Assembly: GCA_011049195.1 (NCBI GenBank)
Contig: DSCG01000004.1
Location: 1-47,943 of the forward strand
From: an archaeon
GTDB lineage: Archaea; SpSt-1190
Reading direction: 5' to 3'
Length of the DNA stretch: 47,943 bases
Part shown: positions 7,622-18,080 of the stretch, in pieces
How the letters are laid out: each line of letters starts with the position of its first letter
Numbering within the stretch: the first letter of the stretch is position 1
Position numbers and translations under genes: made by a program
Notes under the pieces: generated by a model
What the model was told of the DNA's origin: nothing
The model's input: the letters and a program-made list of their open reading frames with translations, nothing else
Databases searched by the model: none

Positions 7622-8999
7622 TCAGTTTCTGGCCCTTTTTGACAGCCCCCCCGGGCAGGACATGCAGATAAATCCCGGCACCTTTTATGGCGGGGGCACC
7701 GGCCATGCGGGTCAGTTGTATGAGAACTTCAGAATCATACTGGACACTGGTCATGTCTTCAGTGGCGGAGAGGTCATGGATTTGTGTGCAGAGCACCAGG
7801 TCCTCCAGAGTGACCTCGGGGTTGCCACCCTGGGCCTTGATGATTGCCTTGAATTTCTGGTAGGCCTGGCCGGAATCCAGCAGTTGCTGGGCCAGTTGTT
7901 GGCTGTCGGGCCTGCCACCCATCTCAAGTAGTTTGGCCGCGAGCAGGAGACTCTTCTCACGAAGGTCAGAGGGGCCCCTGCCCTGAAGAACCTCCAACAC
8001 ATCGCGAGCCTCAAGGACAGGGCCTATGCCATGGCCGATAGGTTGTTTGCCATCCGTAATCAAAACCTCCACTTGCATGCCCAGCCGGGAACCCAGGTTC
8101 TTGAATCGGCCGGCAAGTTCACGGGCAGATGCCATGTCCTTCACTTTTTTACCCATTGGGATGTCTATCATGAGTTTTTCCGTCCCGACTGCAAACTTCT
8201 TGGCAAGAATGGAAGCCAGAAGGAAAGACGGCGGGTCCAGACGGAGAGGGTAACGGAGTTTGAGGAGAATGTCATCCACAGGGGCCAGCCAGAGTGAACC
8301 ACCCCATGCCAGGGATGCCCCCGCCTCATTCACAATTTTCACCAGGTCCTCGTTGCTGAACTTGATGTTGGAAAAGACCTCCATCACATCGGCGGTTCCG
8401 GCGGGACTGGTTATGGCCCGGCTGGAAGTCTTGGGAACGGTGAAACCCGCCGCAGCCACTATGGAAACCACTATAGGTGTGGTGCGGTTGCCGGGAACGC
8501 CCCCTATGCAGTGCTTGTCCAGTACAGGTTTTTTGGGGAATGACAGGGTTTCACCGGCCTCCACGATGGCCCGGGTGAGGGCCTCCTCTTCCCCAAAACT
8601 GAGGCGCTGGACGTAGGCACTGGCCACAAAATATGCCGCCTCAACAGAACTGAGTTTGTTGTGCATGATGTCAAAAACAATCTCCCGTATTTTTTCAGGA
8701 GTGATGGGCTGACCCATCAGACGCTCCCGGATGTAGCCCACTGAAGCCGGTTTGGGCATGGAACGGACATGGACTTCGTCAGGAATGTTCCGGTTTTCCC
8801 ACACCTCCTTCACCAGACCAACGGTACCGGGGGGAACGGTGCGCTCACAAAGCTCCACTACGGCGATAAGACTGCCGGAATTCCAGAAAATTTCAACCCG
8901 GTCGGCAACATTCACATTCATGCCGTAGGCATTCTGCTTGCTCATAATCACAGACTGGGTCCCGCCACTTTCCAAATTAAGTTTTTTCACCTTGAACAT
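7518..8999 (-). CDS. deoA: AMP phosphorylase (thymidine phosphorylase family)
   Basis: DKHCIGGVPGNRTT, PKTSSRAITSPAGTAD, QPIGHGIGPVLEA; N-terminal extension typical of AMPpase; start ATG 8999. Confidence 0.93.
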   Translation of the reverse strand: MFKVKKLNLESGGTQSVIMSKQNAYGMNVNVADRVEIFWNSGSLIAVVELCERTVPPGTVGLVKEVWENRNIPDEVHVRSMPKPASVGYIRERLMGQPITPEKIREIVFDIMHNKLSSVEAAYFVASAYVQRLSFGEEEALTRAIVEAGETLSFPKKPVLDKHCIGGVPGNRTTPIVVSIVAAAGFTVPKTSSRAITSPAGTADVMEVFSNIKFSNEDLVKIVNEAGASLAWGGSLWLAPVDDILLKLRYPLRLDPPSFLLASILAKKFAVGTEKLMIDIPMGKKVKDMASARELAGRFKNLGSRLGMQVEVLITDGKQPIGHGIGPVLEARDVLEVLQGRGPSDLREKSLLLAAKLLEMGGRPDSQQLAQQLLDSGQAYQKFKAIIKAQGGNPEVTLEDLVLCTQIHDLSATEDMTSVQYDSEVLIQLTRMAGAPAIKGAGIYLHVLPGGAVKKGQKLITVYAGDDTRLKTVQDYLERHSPVLACQRVLESV

Positions 9000-9000
9000 A

Positions 9001-10014
9001 TTACCATCTCTTGAAACCTGCAATTCCGCCCATCCCTTCCAGGCGTTTCTCGGCATCCTGATTGACGCCGATAATGTGAACTTCCCCTGCAACATATTTT
9101 ACCTTTTGCATCCATTCACGCAGTTGGGCATACCTGCCCTCGGACGCCCGGGTGGCTATGAAAGATGCAGCCACCAGCAGAGACTCCACGTTACCCTCCT
9201 GCAGACATGCCTCAGTTTCAACAGGGCCGTAGAAAGCTCCGCGACCACGGGACACCCGGGCATAAAGGTCATTCACCAGTTTTTCCTCTTCAACCTCTCT
9301 CATATGACCCGCTACCTGCTCCACGGTTTTTTTGCCGAAGACTTCGCGCAGACCTGATTCACTAACAGACGACACAGATTCCACCACCACCTTAAGGCCG
9401 TCCTGCTTCAGGAAGGTTGCCAGCCGGTCCTTGACGAAGCCGGGGCCGGCCACCACCACAAACTCCGGCTCAAAGGCCATCACCGCCTGACGGAGCTGGC
9501 CGAAGAACTGGCGGAAAGCCTGTTCCTCGTTGGCCCCTTCATCCCTTTTGCCCGGCAGTTTGGCAGAAAAAGGTATTTTTTGCTGGCGGAAAGCCACCAG
9601 GGCCCCCTCCCGATCCACCAGAATGACTGCAACCTGAGGTTTTCGGGTCTGGTGCTCTTTGATGAGCTCCAGGTCCTCAGGGCCGATAAGCTTCCACAAA
9701 TCCAGACGGGAACTCCTTCGGAGGTTGAAAGTGTGGCCACCTTTGATGTCCTCGGGACCTTCAATGATGTCACCGGACAGCCTTAAATCGGCAGTAAAGC
9801 CGTGAAATTCAACCTTCTTGACCCTGATTTTGAGGTACATGGGCTTTTTGTCGGCCTCAACGGCCTCCCCTGTGCTTATCTTGACCTTGCGGAGGGTTTT
9901 CATGCCCGCCACGTCCCCGGGCTTGATTATGATGCTCAGGGCCCACAGGTCATCAGGATTTTCAACCTGTAGCACCAGGTGGCCGTCCTTGGCATTGATT
10001 TTAAGGGCTTTCAC
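9001..10014 (-). CDS. pelA: mRNA surveillance protein pelota
   Basis: ENPDDLWAL...PGD, T.RK, LRLSG.I, HT, AGPGFVK, GGIAG. Confidence 0.93.
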   Translation of the reverse strand: MKALKINAKDGHLVLQVENPDDLWALSIIIKPGDVAGMKTLRKVKISTGEAVEADKKPMYLKIRVKKVEFHGFTADLRLSGDIIEGPEDIKGGHTFNLRRSSRLDLWKLIGPEDLELIKEHQTRKPQVAVILVDREGALVAFRQQKIPFSAKLPGKRDEGANEEQAFRQFFGQLRQAVMAFEPEFVVVAGPGFVKDRLATFLKQDGLKVVVESVSSVSESGLREVFGKKTVEQVAGHMREVEEEKLVNDLYARVSRGRGAFYGPVETEACLQEGNVESLLVAASFIATRASEGRYAQLREWMQKVKYVAGEVHIIGVNQDAEKRLEGMGGIAGFKRW

Positions 10015-10064
10015 GCCAGTAAGAGGCTCGCTACTTTTAAATACTACACTGGCCCAACCCTGAT

Positions 10065-11204
10065 GTGAAAGGCATAGGCGTTCCCGAAATTGTCATTTCC
10101 GTAGGGTTGTTGCTGGTGTTGCTGGCAGGTTTTCTGCCCGGAGGCACCCGTTCACAGAGTAAGGAAGTGTTACTGCTCTCCCAGGAAGTGGGCCGTATTG
10201 GAGCCGGCAATTACGACTACAAACACATCCCCTTGGTTTCCAGTATGATGCTGGCCCGTGGGGTGGATGGAACCCCTCTAATCACTCAGAAGGAAAGCAG
10301 GGAGGTGGCCAAAGGTATAATCACCACTCAGGAACACACTGTCAGATTTTCAATCCCGGCTTCCACCATGGGGGACCTTGATACCGCCACTTTACTTCTG
10401 GAGATTGACGAAACCAACAACTATGGCCCCCTTATACTGACACTGAACGGCAACGAAATCTGGAAAGACTTTCCGGGGGAGGGCCGGCTGGAGGTTGAAC
10501 TGCCCATCGCCTATTTGCAAAGTGAAAACTCCCTCAAACTTTCGGCGGGTTCCTCGGGCTGGAGAATTTGGGCACCCACCATTTACAAGATTGAAGAACT
10601 CAAAGTCATGGAAACCCTGTCGCGTGATGAGGAACAGACTTTCACATTCACTTTGAGCAAAGATGAACTGAAGAACTACTACATGGGCAGGGTTTATGTG
10701 GGGTATATGAATCCCCAGATTTCCGGAGAACTCGCCATCACCCTCAACAATGAGAATGTGATTTTCCGGGGTGAACCGGGGACGGGTGCCTTCAACACCG
10801 CCTTCTCTTCAGGTATCAGGGAAACCAACACCATCAGCTTCAAGTTGCTGAAGGACGGTTATTATGAGATGAGAAATGTGGAAGTGGTTATTTTCACCAG
10901 AACCAATGCCAGCTCTATCTTCGTCACTAACTTTGAAGTTGAACCCGTCAATCTGGCCCAACTCCGCGACGGTAGCTGGACGGGGGTGATTGAAATCAGG
11001 GTCAATGTGGCCGCTGACGATATTCTGAGAGTCACCCTGTCCTCTGAAACCGACCGCCAGCTTTATGAGGCCAAGGCCCCGGAAGGTTTGCTGGAACTGG
11101 CCTTCACCGGAGACGAGGTGTCATCCACCAACCGGCTTATGATTGAAAGCCCCAATGTGTATGAAATCACTGATGTAAAAATCAAACTGGTCAAGAATTC
11201 ATGA
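10065..11204 (+). CDS. Secreted/surface beta-rich protein with a probable class III signal peptide
   Basis: MKG|IGVPEIVISVGLLLVLLAG then a beta-strand-rich acidic body; GTG start. Confidence 0.7.
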   Translation: MKGIGVPEIVISVGLLLVLLAGFLPGGTRSQSKEVLLLSQEVGRIGAGNYDYKHIPLVSSMMLARGVDGTPLITQKESREVAKGIITTQEHTVRFSIPASTMGDLDTATLLLEIDETNNYGPLILTLNGNEIWKDFPGEGRLEVELPIAYLQSENSLKLSAGSSGWRIWAPTIYKIEELKVMETLSRDEEQTFTFTLSKDELKNYYMGRVYVGYMNPQISGELAITLNNENVIFRGEPGTGAFNTAFSSGIRETNTISFKLLKDGYYEMRNVEVVIFTRTNASSIFVTNFEVEPVNLAQLRDGSWTGVIEIRVNVAADDILRVTLSSETDRQLYEAKAPEGLLELAFTGDEVSSTNRLMIESPNVYEITDVKIKLVKNS

Positions 11205-11774
11205 ACCGGGCCCGGCCAGTCGGGCAAACAGTTGCCGGTATGCCAGGGTCCTGTGGGAGATTTTCTGCTTGGTGGCTACATCCTCAGCAAAAGTCTTCAA
11301 ATGACCGGTAGGGACAAAAATAGGGTCAAAACCAAACCCGTCAGTGCCCCTCCCCCGCGGGGCGTCCAGGATGGTGCCCTCACAGCGGGCAGTCACCTGC
11401 TCCAACCGGACCCCGTCATAATAAACGGCACAACATCGGAACTCGGCTCGTCTGTCTGTAACGCCCTGCATGAGTTTCAGGAGGCCTTCGTTACCGATGG
11501 TCTGAAGGATAAATGCGGAGAACTGACCTGGAAAGGTCCTGAGAGCTTTTACAAAAAGTCCGGAGTCATCCACAATTACGGGGCGACCGGTGGCCACTTG
11601 GGCCTTACGGACTTTGTCCTCCGCTATCTCCTCAAGGGTGCCACGGATTTCAGGGAGGTCAAGTTTGACCTGAAGAACATCCAGGCCAACAGCTCTGCCG
11701 AGTTTCTGAACCTCACGGAACTTGCCTTGGTTGGAAGTCACAAACCAGATTTGTTTCGGCGCGTCTTCACTCAT
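11199..11774 (-). CDS. rdgB: dITP/XTP pyrophosphatase (HAM1/RdgB)
   Basis: VTSNQGKFRE, DDSGL, FPG, GFGFDPIF, KQKISHR. Confidence 0.96.
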   Translation of the reverse strand: MSEDAPKQIWFVTSNQGKFREVQKLGRAVGLDVLQVKLDLPEIRGTLEEIAEDKVRKAQVATGRPVIVDDSGLFVKALRTFPGQFSAFILQTIGNEGLLKLMQGVTDRRAEFRCCAVYYDGVRLEQVTARCEGTILDAPRGRGTDGFGFDPIFVPTGHLKTFAEDVATKQKISHRTLAYRQLFARLAGPGS

Positions 11775-11801
11775 TCACTTTTCCCCCGGAAGTTCCTTTG
11801 T

Positions 11802-13334
11802 TTATAGGAAGGCATCATTCACTGCTTCCAGTTTTTTTGACTCACGGGCCATACTATTTTCATATGCCACAGCATCCGTTTCCATGTCAGTGGCTTTTTT
11901 CTCCCAACTGGTTCTCAGACGCACCCTCATGAAGATGGGACATCTGACGGCCTCACCAGTGATGAGGGCTTCCCCCACCTGAAGGGTGGTCAGTGAGTTG
12001 AGGGTTCGGACGGTGATGCCCTCGCTACCCTTGCCGATGTGGTCCTTGTCATATGGGTTGGTAATTCTCATGATGATATGAGTGTTGCACTGGCTGAGCA
12101 CAGTGGTATCCAGTTTGATGGGCCTTTGGGAGATAACCACCAGGGAGCACAGAAACTTGCGACCCTCACGGGCAATGGTGCGGAAGATACTCTTCGCGGG
12201 GGCCAGCTCCCGGCTCACCCCCTCCGGGATGAAGTTGTGGGCCTCCTCCACAAACATAATCACCGGGGGGATTTCGGCCTGACGACGGAGCCTGAAAATC
12301 TGCTTGGCGGCCCAGAGAGCAATAATCTGCTTACGCTTGGTGTCTATGTGGCCGGAGAGGTCAAAGATGAGAGCCTGGCCCGGCACCAAAAGGTCGCGAA
12401 GACGGTAGGTCTCGGCCTTTTCCCCCTCTCTTTTGGCAGTCAGTTGCTCTTCAGACCCGAAAAGCCCCGTCATGTGGAGGTTCATCAGCCCACGGGAAAG
12501 GGCGGCCTTGGTCTGGGGTTTTATTTTGCTTCCCTGCACCACCTCAGCCAGCTCCTTGAAAGTGTAGCGACTGCCCTCCATACTCCTGACAACCTCATTG
12601 AGTTCCATTTGCTGAACGGGAGTCATGCCCGGCAGGAAGAGAGCTATCTCTCCCGCGGACAAGGATGCGGCGGGGATGCGTATCTGTCGGACGGCCACTG
12701 CCCGGTTAGAGAAATCCTGACAATCTGCAGGGGGTTTCTCAGCAAAGGCGGCATACTCCCCATGAACATCAAAAACAACGGTGGCCACTCTGCCATCCTT
12801 CTGTTGGCGGGAGAGCAGTTCCTCAAGCAGGACGGCGGTGAGGTAGGACTTGCCCGCCCCCGACATGGCAAGGATGGCCACATGCTTCTGGAACATTCTG
12901 GTAAGTGAAAGGCGAACGGGCACCTCATGGTGTATTACCTGGCCCAGGTTTATGCCGTTGGGCTTGAACCCCAGAAAGCGGGCCAGCAGGCCGGGCTCCA
13001 TTTCCTCCACCCCCTCACCGGGGCTGGGGGGCAGGGTTGGGCGTCTCACCAGGTTGTCTGCCAGAACTCCGATAGGCGTTGCCTGACCAATAAGAAATTC
13101 CCAATCCTCCACAGGGAAGAGGCCCTCCAGGTTCTCCGCATCAACCACAGTCTCGGCTCGGGCATAGTAGCGGTTGGTCTTGATGATGTTATCCACCATG
13201 GCCAGCATGGTGCCCTCTTCAGTTTTCACTTTGATGAACTGGTCCTTATGAACTTTGCCACCTTTGGCAATGGCGAAGGCAAAGAAAGTGGGACTGGGAC
13301 TGTCCTGAGTTGAGATTACTTTTCCGACTGGCAT
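11802..13334 (-). CDS. herA: HerA ATPase/helicase (HAS barrel + FtsK/HerA)
   Basis: HVAILAMSGAGKS, DVHGEY, VEEAHNF, IAREGRKF, SQRP. Confidence 0.93.
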   Translation of the reverse strand: MPVGKVISTQDSPSPTFFAFAIAKGGKVHKDQFIKVKTEEGTMLAMVDNIIKTNRYYARAETVVDAENLEGLFPVEDWEFLIGQATPIGVLADNLVRRPTLPPSPGEGVEEMEPGLLARFLGFKPNGINLGQVIHHEVPVRLSLTRMFQKHVAILAMSGAGKSYLTAVLLEELLSRQQKDGRVATVVFDVHGEYAAFAEKPPADCQDFSNRAVAVRQIRIPAASLSAGEIALFLPGMTPVQQMELNEVVRSMEGSRYTFKELAEVVQGSKIKPQTKAALSRGLMNLHMTGLFGSEEQLTAKREGEKAETYRLRDLLVPGQALIFDLSGHIDTKRKQIIALWAAKQIFRLRRQAEIPPVIMFVEEAHNFIPEGVSRELAPAKSIFRTIAREGRKFLCSLVVISQRPIKLDTTVLSQCNTHIIMRITNPYDKDHIGKGSEGITVRTLNSLTTLQVGEALITGEAVRCPIFMRVRLRTSWEKKATDMETDAVAYENSMARESKKLEAVNDAFL

Positions 13335-13355
13335 GTTCAGGTCATCTCCCGGACT

Positions 13356-14396
13356 TTATATTGGCCTGCCCTCCCGGCGCAGTCTCATGAGCAGGGGGGT
13401 GGTTCGGCCCATCATACGTTCAATATAATCCATGTAGGGCTCGCTCAGCTTGGCCCTGGCATCCGCCTCTATAATCACAGAAGGAATGCCATAAGTTGAA
13501 AAGGTTGAGAGGCCGAGGATGGCGGATGCTGTGGTCTCGCCGTCCTCCTGTGGATGGTCGGTCACCAGCTCCACCCGGATGGGGCGGTCGTGAGGGGCCG
13601 TCTTAATGTAAAAGGCATAGATGTCCTTGCCATAAGCCACATCAGGCACTTCCTTGAGTTTGAAGATGAAGGTTCTTTGGCGGTGGGCCAGAGTATCATA
13701 AAGCAGTACTGTATCGCGGAAGGTCTGGACTTCGGGGAAGCTGGCCCGGACTTCAGGGGGGAGGTTGGGGATTATGACCTCACACAACAGGTTGGAGAAG
13801 TAACGGCTCCGGCTGTCCTCCACCACACCCACCAGCCGGCAACCTGTGGCCCGGCTCCGCCTCACCAGGAGGTCATACTTGCGGATGATGGTCCGGTAAG
13901 TTTTGGCATGAGAGGCCTTGGCCACCCGGGTGCTGGGGTGTGGGTAAAGGGGGCCGTCCATCAGAAGGTAGTCCGGTTGGTGCTCCAGAGTTTGGAGGGC
14001 TATATCCAGTTCGGCCTCCATGCGGGAAAGGCCGGCCAGCAACACCAACTCGCCGGGGCCCCCGCTCTCAACATCTATTACCTTAAGGTCAGCATGGAGG
14101 TTGCTGGAGCCGGCAAGCGTGCCTTCTTTGTAATCAAATATGACTCCCACCGCCCGGGTGACTATGAGGTCAATCCCGTGGAAGCTACGGGAGAGCAGGC
14201 CCCCATCCACCCCTGCGAACCTGCCGGTCACGGGCACCCGGGCCACCTCATTAATCAGACGGTCTTGAGTCTTGCCTCCTATGCGGAAGTTCTGGTTGCC
14301 GATGCGACGCACAGCCGAGGAAAGCCGTTGTCTTTTGGACTCCCGTGCGGCCAGCCTCTTGGAGACCTTGTTGACTGCCTCTTTAAGGTCGGTCAT
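13356..14396 (-). CDS. nurA: NurA nuclease
   Basis: AGVDGG, MDGPL, P.RVE, YGIPSVIIEAD..A; adjacent to herA. Confidence 0.92.
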   Translation of the reverse strand: MTDLKEAVNKVSKRLAARESKRQRLSSAVRRIGNQNFRIGGKTQDRLINEVARVPVTGRFAGVDGGLLSRSFHGIDLIVTRAVGVIFDYKEGTLAGSSNLHADLKVIDVESGGPGELVLLAGLSRMEAELDIALQTLEHQPDYLLMDGPLYPHPSTRVAKASHAKTYRTIIRKYDLLVRRSRATGCRLVGVVEDSRSRYFSNLLCEVIIPNLPPEVRASFPEVQTFRDTVLLYDTLAHRQRTFIFKLKEVPDVAYGKDIYAFYIKTAPHDRPIRVELVTDHPQEDGETTASAILGLSTFSTYGIPSVIIEADARAKLSEPYMDYIERMMGRTTPLLMRLRREGRPI

Positions 14397-17062
14397 ATCA
14401 CTTCTTCTCCGTCAGGGGCTTTGACCTTGGGTTTGGGCTTGACCAGAACATATTTGTAAAGCACAAAGCCCAGGGCACCCACCAGCACCACCAGTAGAAG
14501 TATGAGCAGGGGGGACTTGCCCTGACCTTCTCCAGCGTTGGTGCTGGAAAGCAGGTTGTTGATTCTCCGCAAAGTGAGGGTGGCACCCGTGTATTCACCG
14601 TTGTTGATTTCCCGGCGGGCCTGACTGAAATAGGTCTCAAGCTGTATCTGAGTGGAGCGGTCAAATTTGTTTATGACCTCATCATACCAGCTCTGATATT
14701 GAGCCATGGTCTGTACCAGCTGAAGGGCCTCCCGGCTCACGGAGAAGTATAGGTTTTCCCGGGTAACGAACTCCGGAAAACTGCGGGGCACCAAAATGAG
14801 TTCGCAACTGTAAGACCCTTCCCTTACATCAGAACCGGGAGCTGCCAGCACGGTGAACGGGCCTTCACTGTTGTTGGTGGCGATGGATGCAGGAAGGCTC
14901 ACCCAGCTGGGGCAGTCAGAGGTCAGGTCAAAAATATCATCCAGTCCTCCGGTTGTAATAGTGAAAGTCTCGGCAGCCTCCTGACCGGGTATGACTGCCA
15001 GGTCAGTCACCCTCAGGTCGGGGTCAAACGGGCCGGCATAAACCGTAAGCGGGAAGTTAATGGTGTAACTCCGGGTGACGACTTCAACATAAACTTTTTC
15101 CCCGTTGGCCGTATAAGTTCTGGAGGGTCTGAAACGGAAATCCAATTTTCTGGAAGCCCCCGACTCCAAAAAGAAGAAAGAGGGCACGGACAGATAATCA
15201 ACACTGGCCTCCATTTCAACTTCAAAGTCCTCCCCTGCAGAGTTCTTGATAGTGTATTGGAGGGTGGTGGAACCTCCGGAAACCACCTTGACCTCCTGGG
15301 GTCCGATGAGCTCAACAACTGTGGGGCCGATTACCTCAACCTCCCTGCTCTTGAGCCAGTCCTGCATGGTGTCCTCTGAAAACAGGAAGACATTGAAGAC
15401 CACATCCTCAACGGCGGTGCAGGTTTTCGCCATGCGTTCACCAACATCACGTATTTCCGTTCCGAAATCAATAGTGAATAGATAGAGATTTTCCTTTAGG
15501 GAACGTTTCCTTGAAAGGCTGGCATTCACCTCATACGCATCACGTACGTTATCAAGGAGGGTGACCAGTCTTTCAGTCCGGGAGAACAGATTGGTTGCAC
15601 CCGGGTCCGTCATTTTGAGTTTCTCCGCATTCACTCTTGAAAGAATGGCAGACAGATGGTCACTCTCAAGCTGACTTAGGTCAGACATCATATCGTAGGC
15701 AACACGTGAGTAAAGTAGCACACGGCGGGCGGCATTGAGAGCCTCTGAACTCCCTGCAGAAAGTGCACATGCTCCGCTTAAGTCAAACTGTGAAACAAAA
15801 CGGTTAATTTTGCCAATTTCCACCAGCCCTGACCCTTCCCCCCCATACATGAGCAGGGCAGGGTTAGTATAGACCGTCCAATAAATCAGGGGTTCTATAG
15901 TCCCGGCTCCGGCCAGAGTCAGGTTGAGAAGGTTGGTGCTGTAAGCAGAAATATCCAGCAGAGTGGGCAATGAAATCTCCAGGTAGGTTTCAGTTTCGGG
16001 CCGGAGCTGAAGTTCATACGACCGGGTGAAGGTGCTACCTGTTATGTTGAAGTTTATCACTGCCGGACCTATATGCAGTTCAGGCACTGTGAAAGACAGC
16101 TGGAAATCCCGGCTCTCACCTGCATCAAGGGTTGCCACACTGCCCACTGAATAAACCCAGTTTTCCGGGGCCTTCAGGTTAAAGGTGTAGGAATCCGGCA
16201 GGGTGCCCACGTTGGTCAGGGTCAGAGTGGTGGTGTAGGTCCTGCCGGGCATAATACCCGGTAAGAGAGAATAGTCCAGGTCAAAATCCTTGAAGTAAAA
16301 GATGGAGGAAAAAGGGGTCATCTCCCCACGGATGGGCACTCCCAGACTTTCGGTGAATACGTAAACGGCATAGGTGCCTTTAGCCACATCAGGGCTGGCA
16401 TACTCCTGCCGGCTGGTTATTGGATGAACCTCCCCCTCCACCAACTCATAAACCTGCACCTCGGCAACCTCATTCAGAACGGTGTCATAGACCACCAGGT
16501 AAAACTTCAGGTGGTCGGCCTCCATATAGTTAGCCAAATCAAAATTGAATTTCTGGATGACCGGCATAAAAGTCACATTAACCGAAAAAAGATTATCTCC
16601 GGAAAGTTTAGGGCGGGTGGTGTCTTCAATACCATCCGGGGCCTCCCATGCCCTCTCCGAACAAAGCAAGGTGCCTGCCGAGGAGTTAGCCACCAGACGC
16701 AGGTCAAAGCTGACTCCCGCGGAAATATCCGTGCCCGGGACCAGAAAGGACCGGTTCTGGAGATATGAAAAGGTTGAATATGCACTGGGATAATCAAAGG
16801 CGGGGATAAGGGGGACCGGATTGGATGCCACCATCAGCTGTGAATACTCCGAAACGAAGAGGGACCCGCTGACCCGGGGATTCACTATCAGCTCGTAATA
16901 ATTGCCCTGGGTGTAAAATCGGGAGACGTTACCATAAACTATGAAGTTAGTGGGTTCCCGGAAATCATCGCAGAAAACCTGGTATCCTATATCTTCCCAG
17001 TCCACGGCCAGCACAGGGCTTAAAAAAAGGGCCATCACAAGCAGACTCGCTATGGTTCTCAT
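14393..17062 (-). CDS. Large membrane-anchored surface protein with Ig-like (NEW3/COG1470-type) repeats
   Basis: N-terminal signal peptide, LTNVGTLPDSY...W...LDAGES motif, C-terminal TM helix plus basic tail; ATGA overlaps at both ends. Confidence 0.8.
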   Translation of the reverse strand: MRTIASLLVMALFLSPVLAVDWEDIGYQVFCDDFREPTNFIVYGNVSRFYTQGNYYELIVNPRVSGSLFVSEYSQLMVASNPVPLIPAFDYPSAYSTFSYLQNRSFLVPGTDISAGVSFDLRLVANSSAGTLLCSERAWEAPDGIEDTTRPKLSGDNLFSVNVTFMPVIQKFNFDLANYMEADHLKFYLVVYDTVLNEVAEVQVYELVEGEVHPITSRQEYASPDVAKGTYAVYVFTESLGVPIRGEMTPFSSIFYFKDFDLDYSLLPGIMPGRTYTTTLTLTNVGTLPDSYTFNLKAPENWVYSVGSVATLDAGESRDFQLSFTVPELHIGPAVINFNITGSTFTRSYELQLRPETETYLEISLPTLLDISAYSTNLLNLTLAGAGTIEPLIYWTVYTNPALLMYGGEGSGLVEIGKINRFVSQFDLSGACALSAGSSEALNAARRVLLYSRVAYDMMSDLSQLESDHLSAILSRVNAEKLKMTDPGATNLFSRTERLVTLLDNVRDAYEVNASLSRKRSLKENLYLFTIDFGTEIRDVGERMAKTCTAVEDVVFNVFLFSEDTMQDWLKSREVEVIGPTVVELIGPQEVKVVSGGSTTLQYTIKNSAGEDFEVEMEASVDYLSVPSFFFLESGASRKLDFRFRPSRTYTANGEKVYVEVVTRSYTINFPLTVYAGPFDPDLRVTDLAVIPGQEAAETFTITTGGLDDIFDLTSDCPSWVSLPASIATNNSEGPFTVLAAPGSDVREGSYSCELILVPRSFPEFVTRENLYFSVSREALQLVQTMAQYQSWYDEVINKFDRSTQIQLETYFSQARREINNGEYTGATLTLRRINNLLSSTNAGEGQGKSPLLILLLVVLVGALGFVLYKYVLVKPKPKVKAPDGEEVI

Positions 17063-18018
17063 TTCATCACCGCACATATTTTGGCCAGCAGAGCATCCAG
17101 CTGGATGATTTCGTTGGCACCCTCCAACATACGGAACTCAAATTCACCCACGGAGTTGAGGAGCTCTACCTTTTTGAGGTCAGGGAGATTTTCAGCTTCC
17201 ACTATCTGTTTGTGAATTTCCCGGATAATGAGGTCGCCACTAATACCTTTGTTGGCCGTCAGATCTATGAGCACATCCCTCGCCTTGGAGAAATCCCCTG
17301 CGAAAGTGAATTTGAGCAGGTTCTTCACTTCCTCTGGGCGGGCACGAGCCGCAGCTTCAAAGACGGTGGCACGGGTGAGCTTGTCCCCTATTGAGGATGC
17401 TGCCTGAAAGAGGTTGGTGGAATACCGGGCGTCCCCTGACGCAATCTCGGCAATGGCCTCAAGAGCCCCCTCGTCAAACTTCACACCTTCGCCTGTGGCA
17501 ACTTTGACCAGCATCTTCTGCATGTCAGCTTTGGTGAAGGGTCTAAACCGAAAAACCACGGTCCGGCTCTGGATGGGTTCAATGACCTTGCTGGGATAGT
17601 TGCAACTGAGAACAAAACGGCAGATTTTGCTGTAAATTTCCATAGTGCGACGGAGGGCCTGCTGGGCATCCTTGGTCAGGGCATCGGCCTCGTCCAGAAA
17701 AATGATTTTAAAATCACCGCCGAGGGGTTTGGTGCGGGCGAAGTTCTTGATTTTGTGACGGATAACATCTATGCCCCGCTCATCACTAGCGTTGGTCTCC
17801 ATGTAGTTCTCCTGCCAGTGCTCACCGAAGAGCTCACGGGCGATACAGAGGGCCGCCGTGGTTTTGCCCACTCCGGGCGGGCCGGCAAAAAGCATGTGGG
17901 GGATAGAACCACTGTCAACAAAAGCCTGCAGACGGGAGACAATATGCTCCTGATTAATCATGTCCTTGAGTCTGACCGGCCGGTATTTTTCAGTCCAGAT
18001 TTGGCCAAAATCCGCCAT
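17059..18018 (-). CDS. rfcS: Replication factor C small subunit
   Basis: WTEKYRP, GPPGVGKT, NASDERGID, LDEAD, QSR. Confidence 0.97.
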   Translation of the reverse strand: MADFGQIWTEKYRPVRLKDMINQEHIVSRLQAFVDSGSIPHMLFAGPPGVGKTTAALCIARELFGEHWQENYMETNASDERGIDVIRHKIKNFARTKPLGGDFKIIFLDEADALTKDAQQALRRTMEIYSKICRFVLSCNYPSKVIEPIQSRTVVFRFRPFTKADMQKMLVKVATGEGVKFDEGALEAIAEIASGDARYSTNLFQAASSIGDKLTRATVFEAAARARPEEVKNLLKFTFAGDFSKARDVLIDLTANKGISGDLIIREIHKQIVEAENLPDLKKVELLNSVGEFEFRMLEGANEIIQLDALLAKICAVMK

Positions 18019-18038
18019 GGGAATACCTGGAAGGGCAG

Positions 18039-18053
18039 TATAAAAGCTTAATA
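18039..18053. promoter_or_regulatory. Back-to-back TATA boxes (rfcS on minus; repeat array on plus)
   Basis: Minus TTTTATA begins 18045, 27 nt from the rfcS ATG; plus AAAAG-CTTAATA at 18042-18053. Confidence 0.55.
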
Positions 18054-18080
18054 CATAAGATGCCGAATTCGGGCTCCCGG

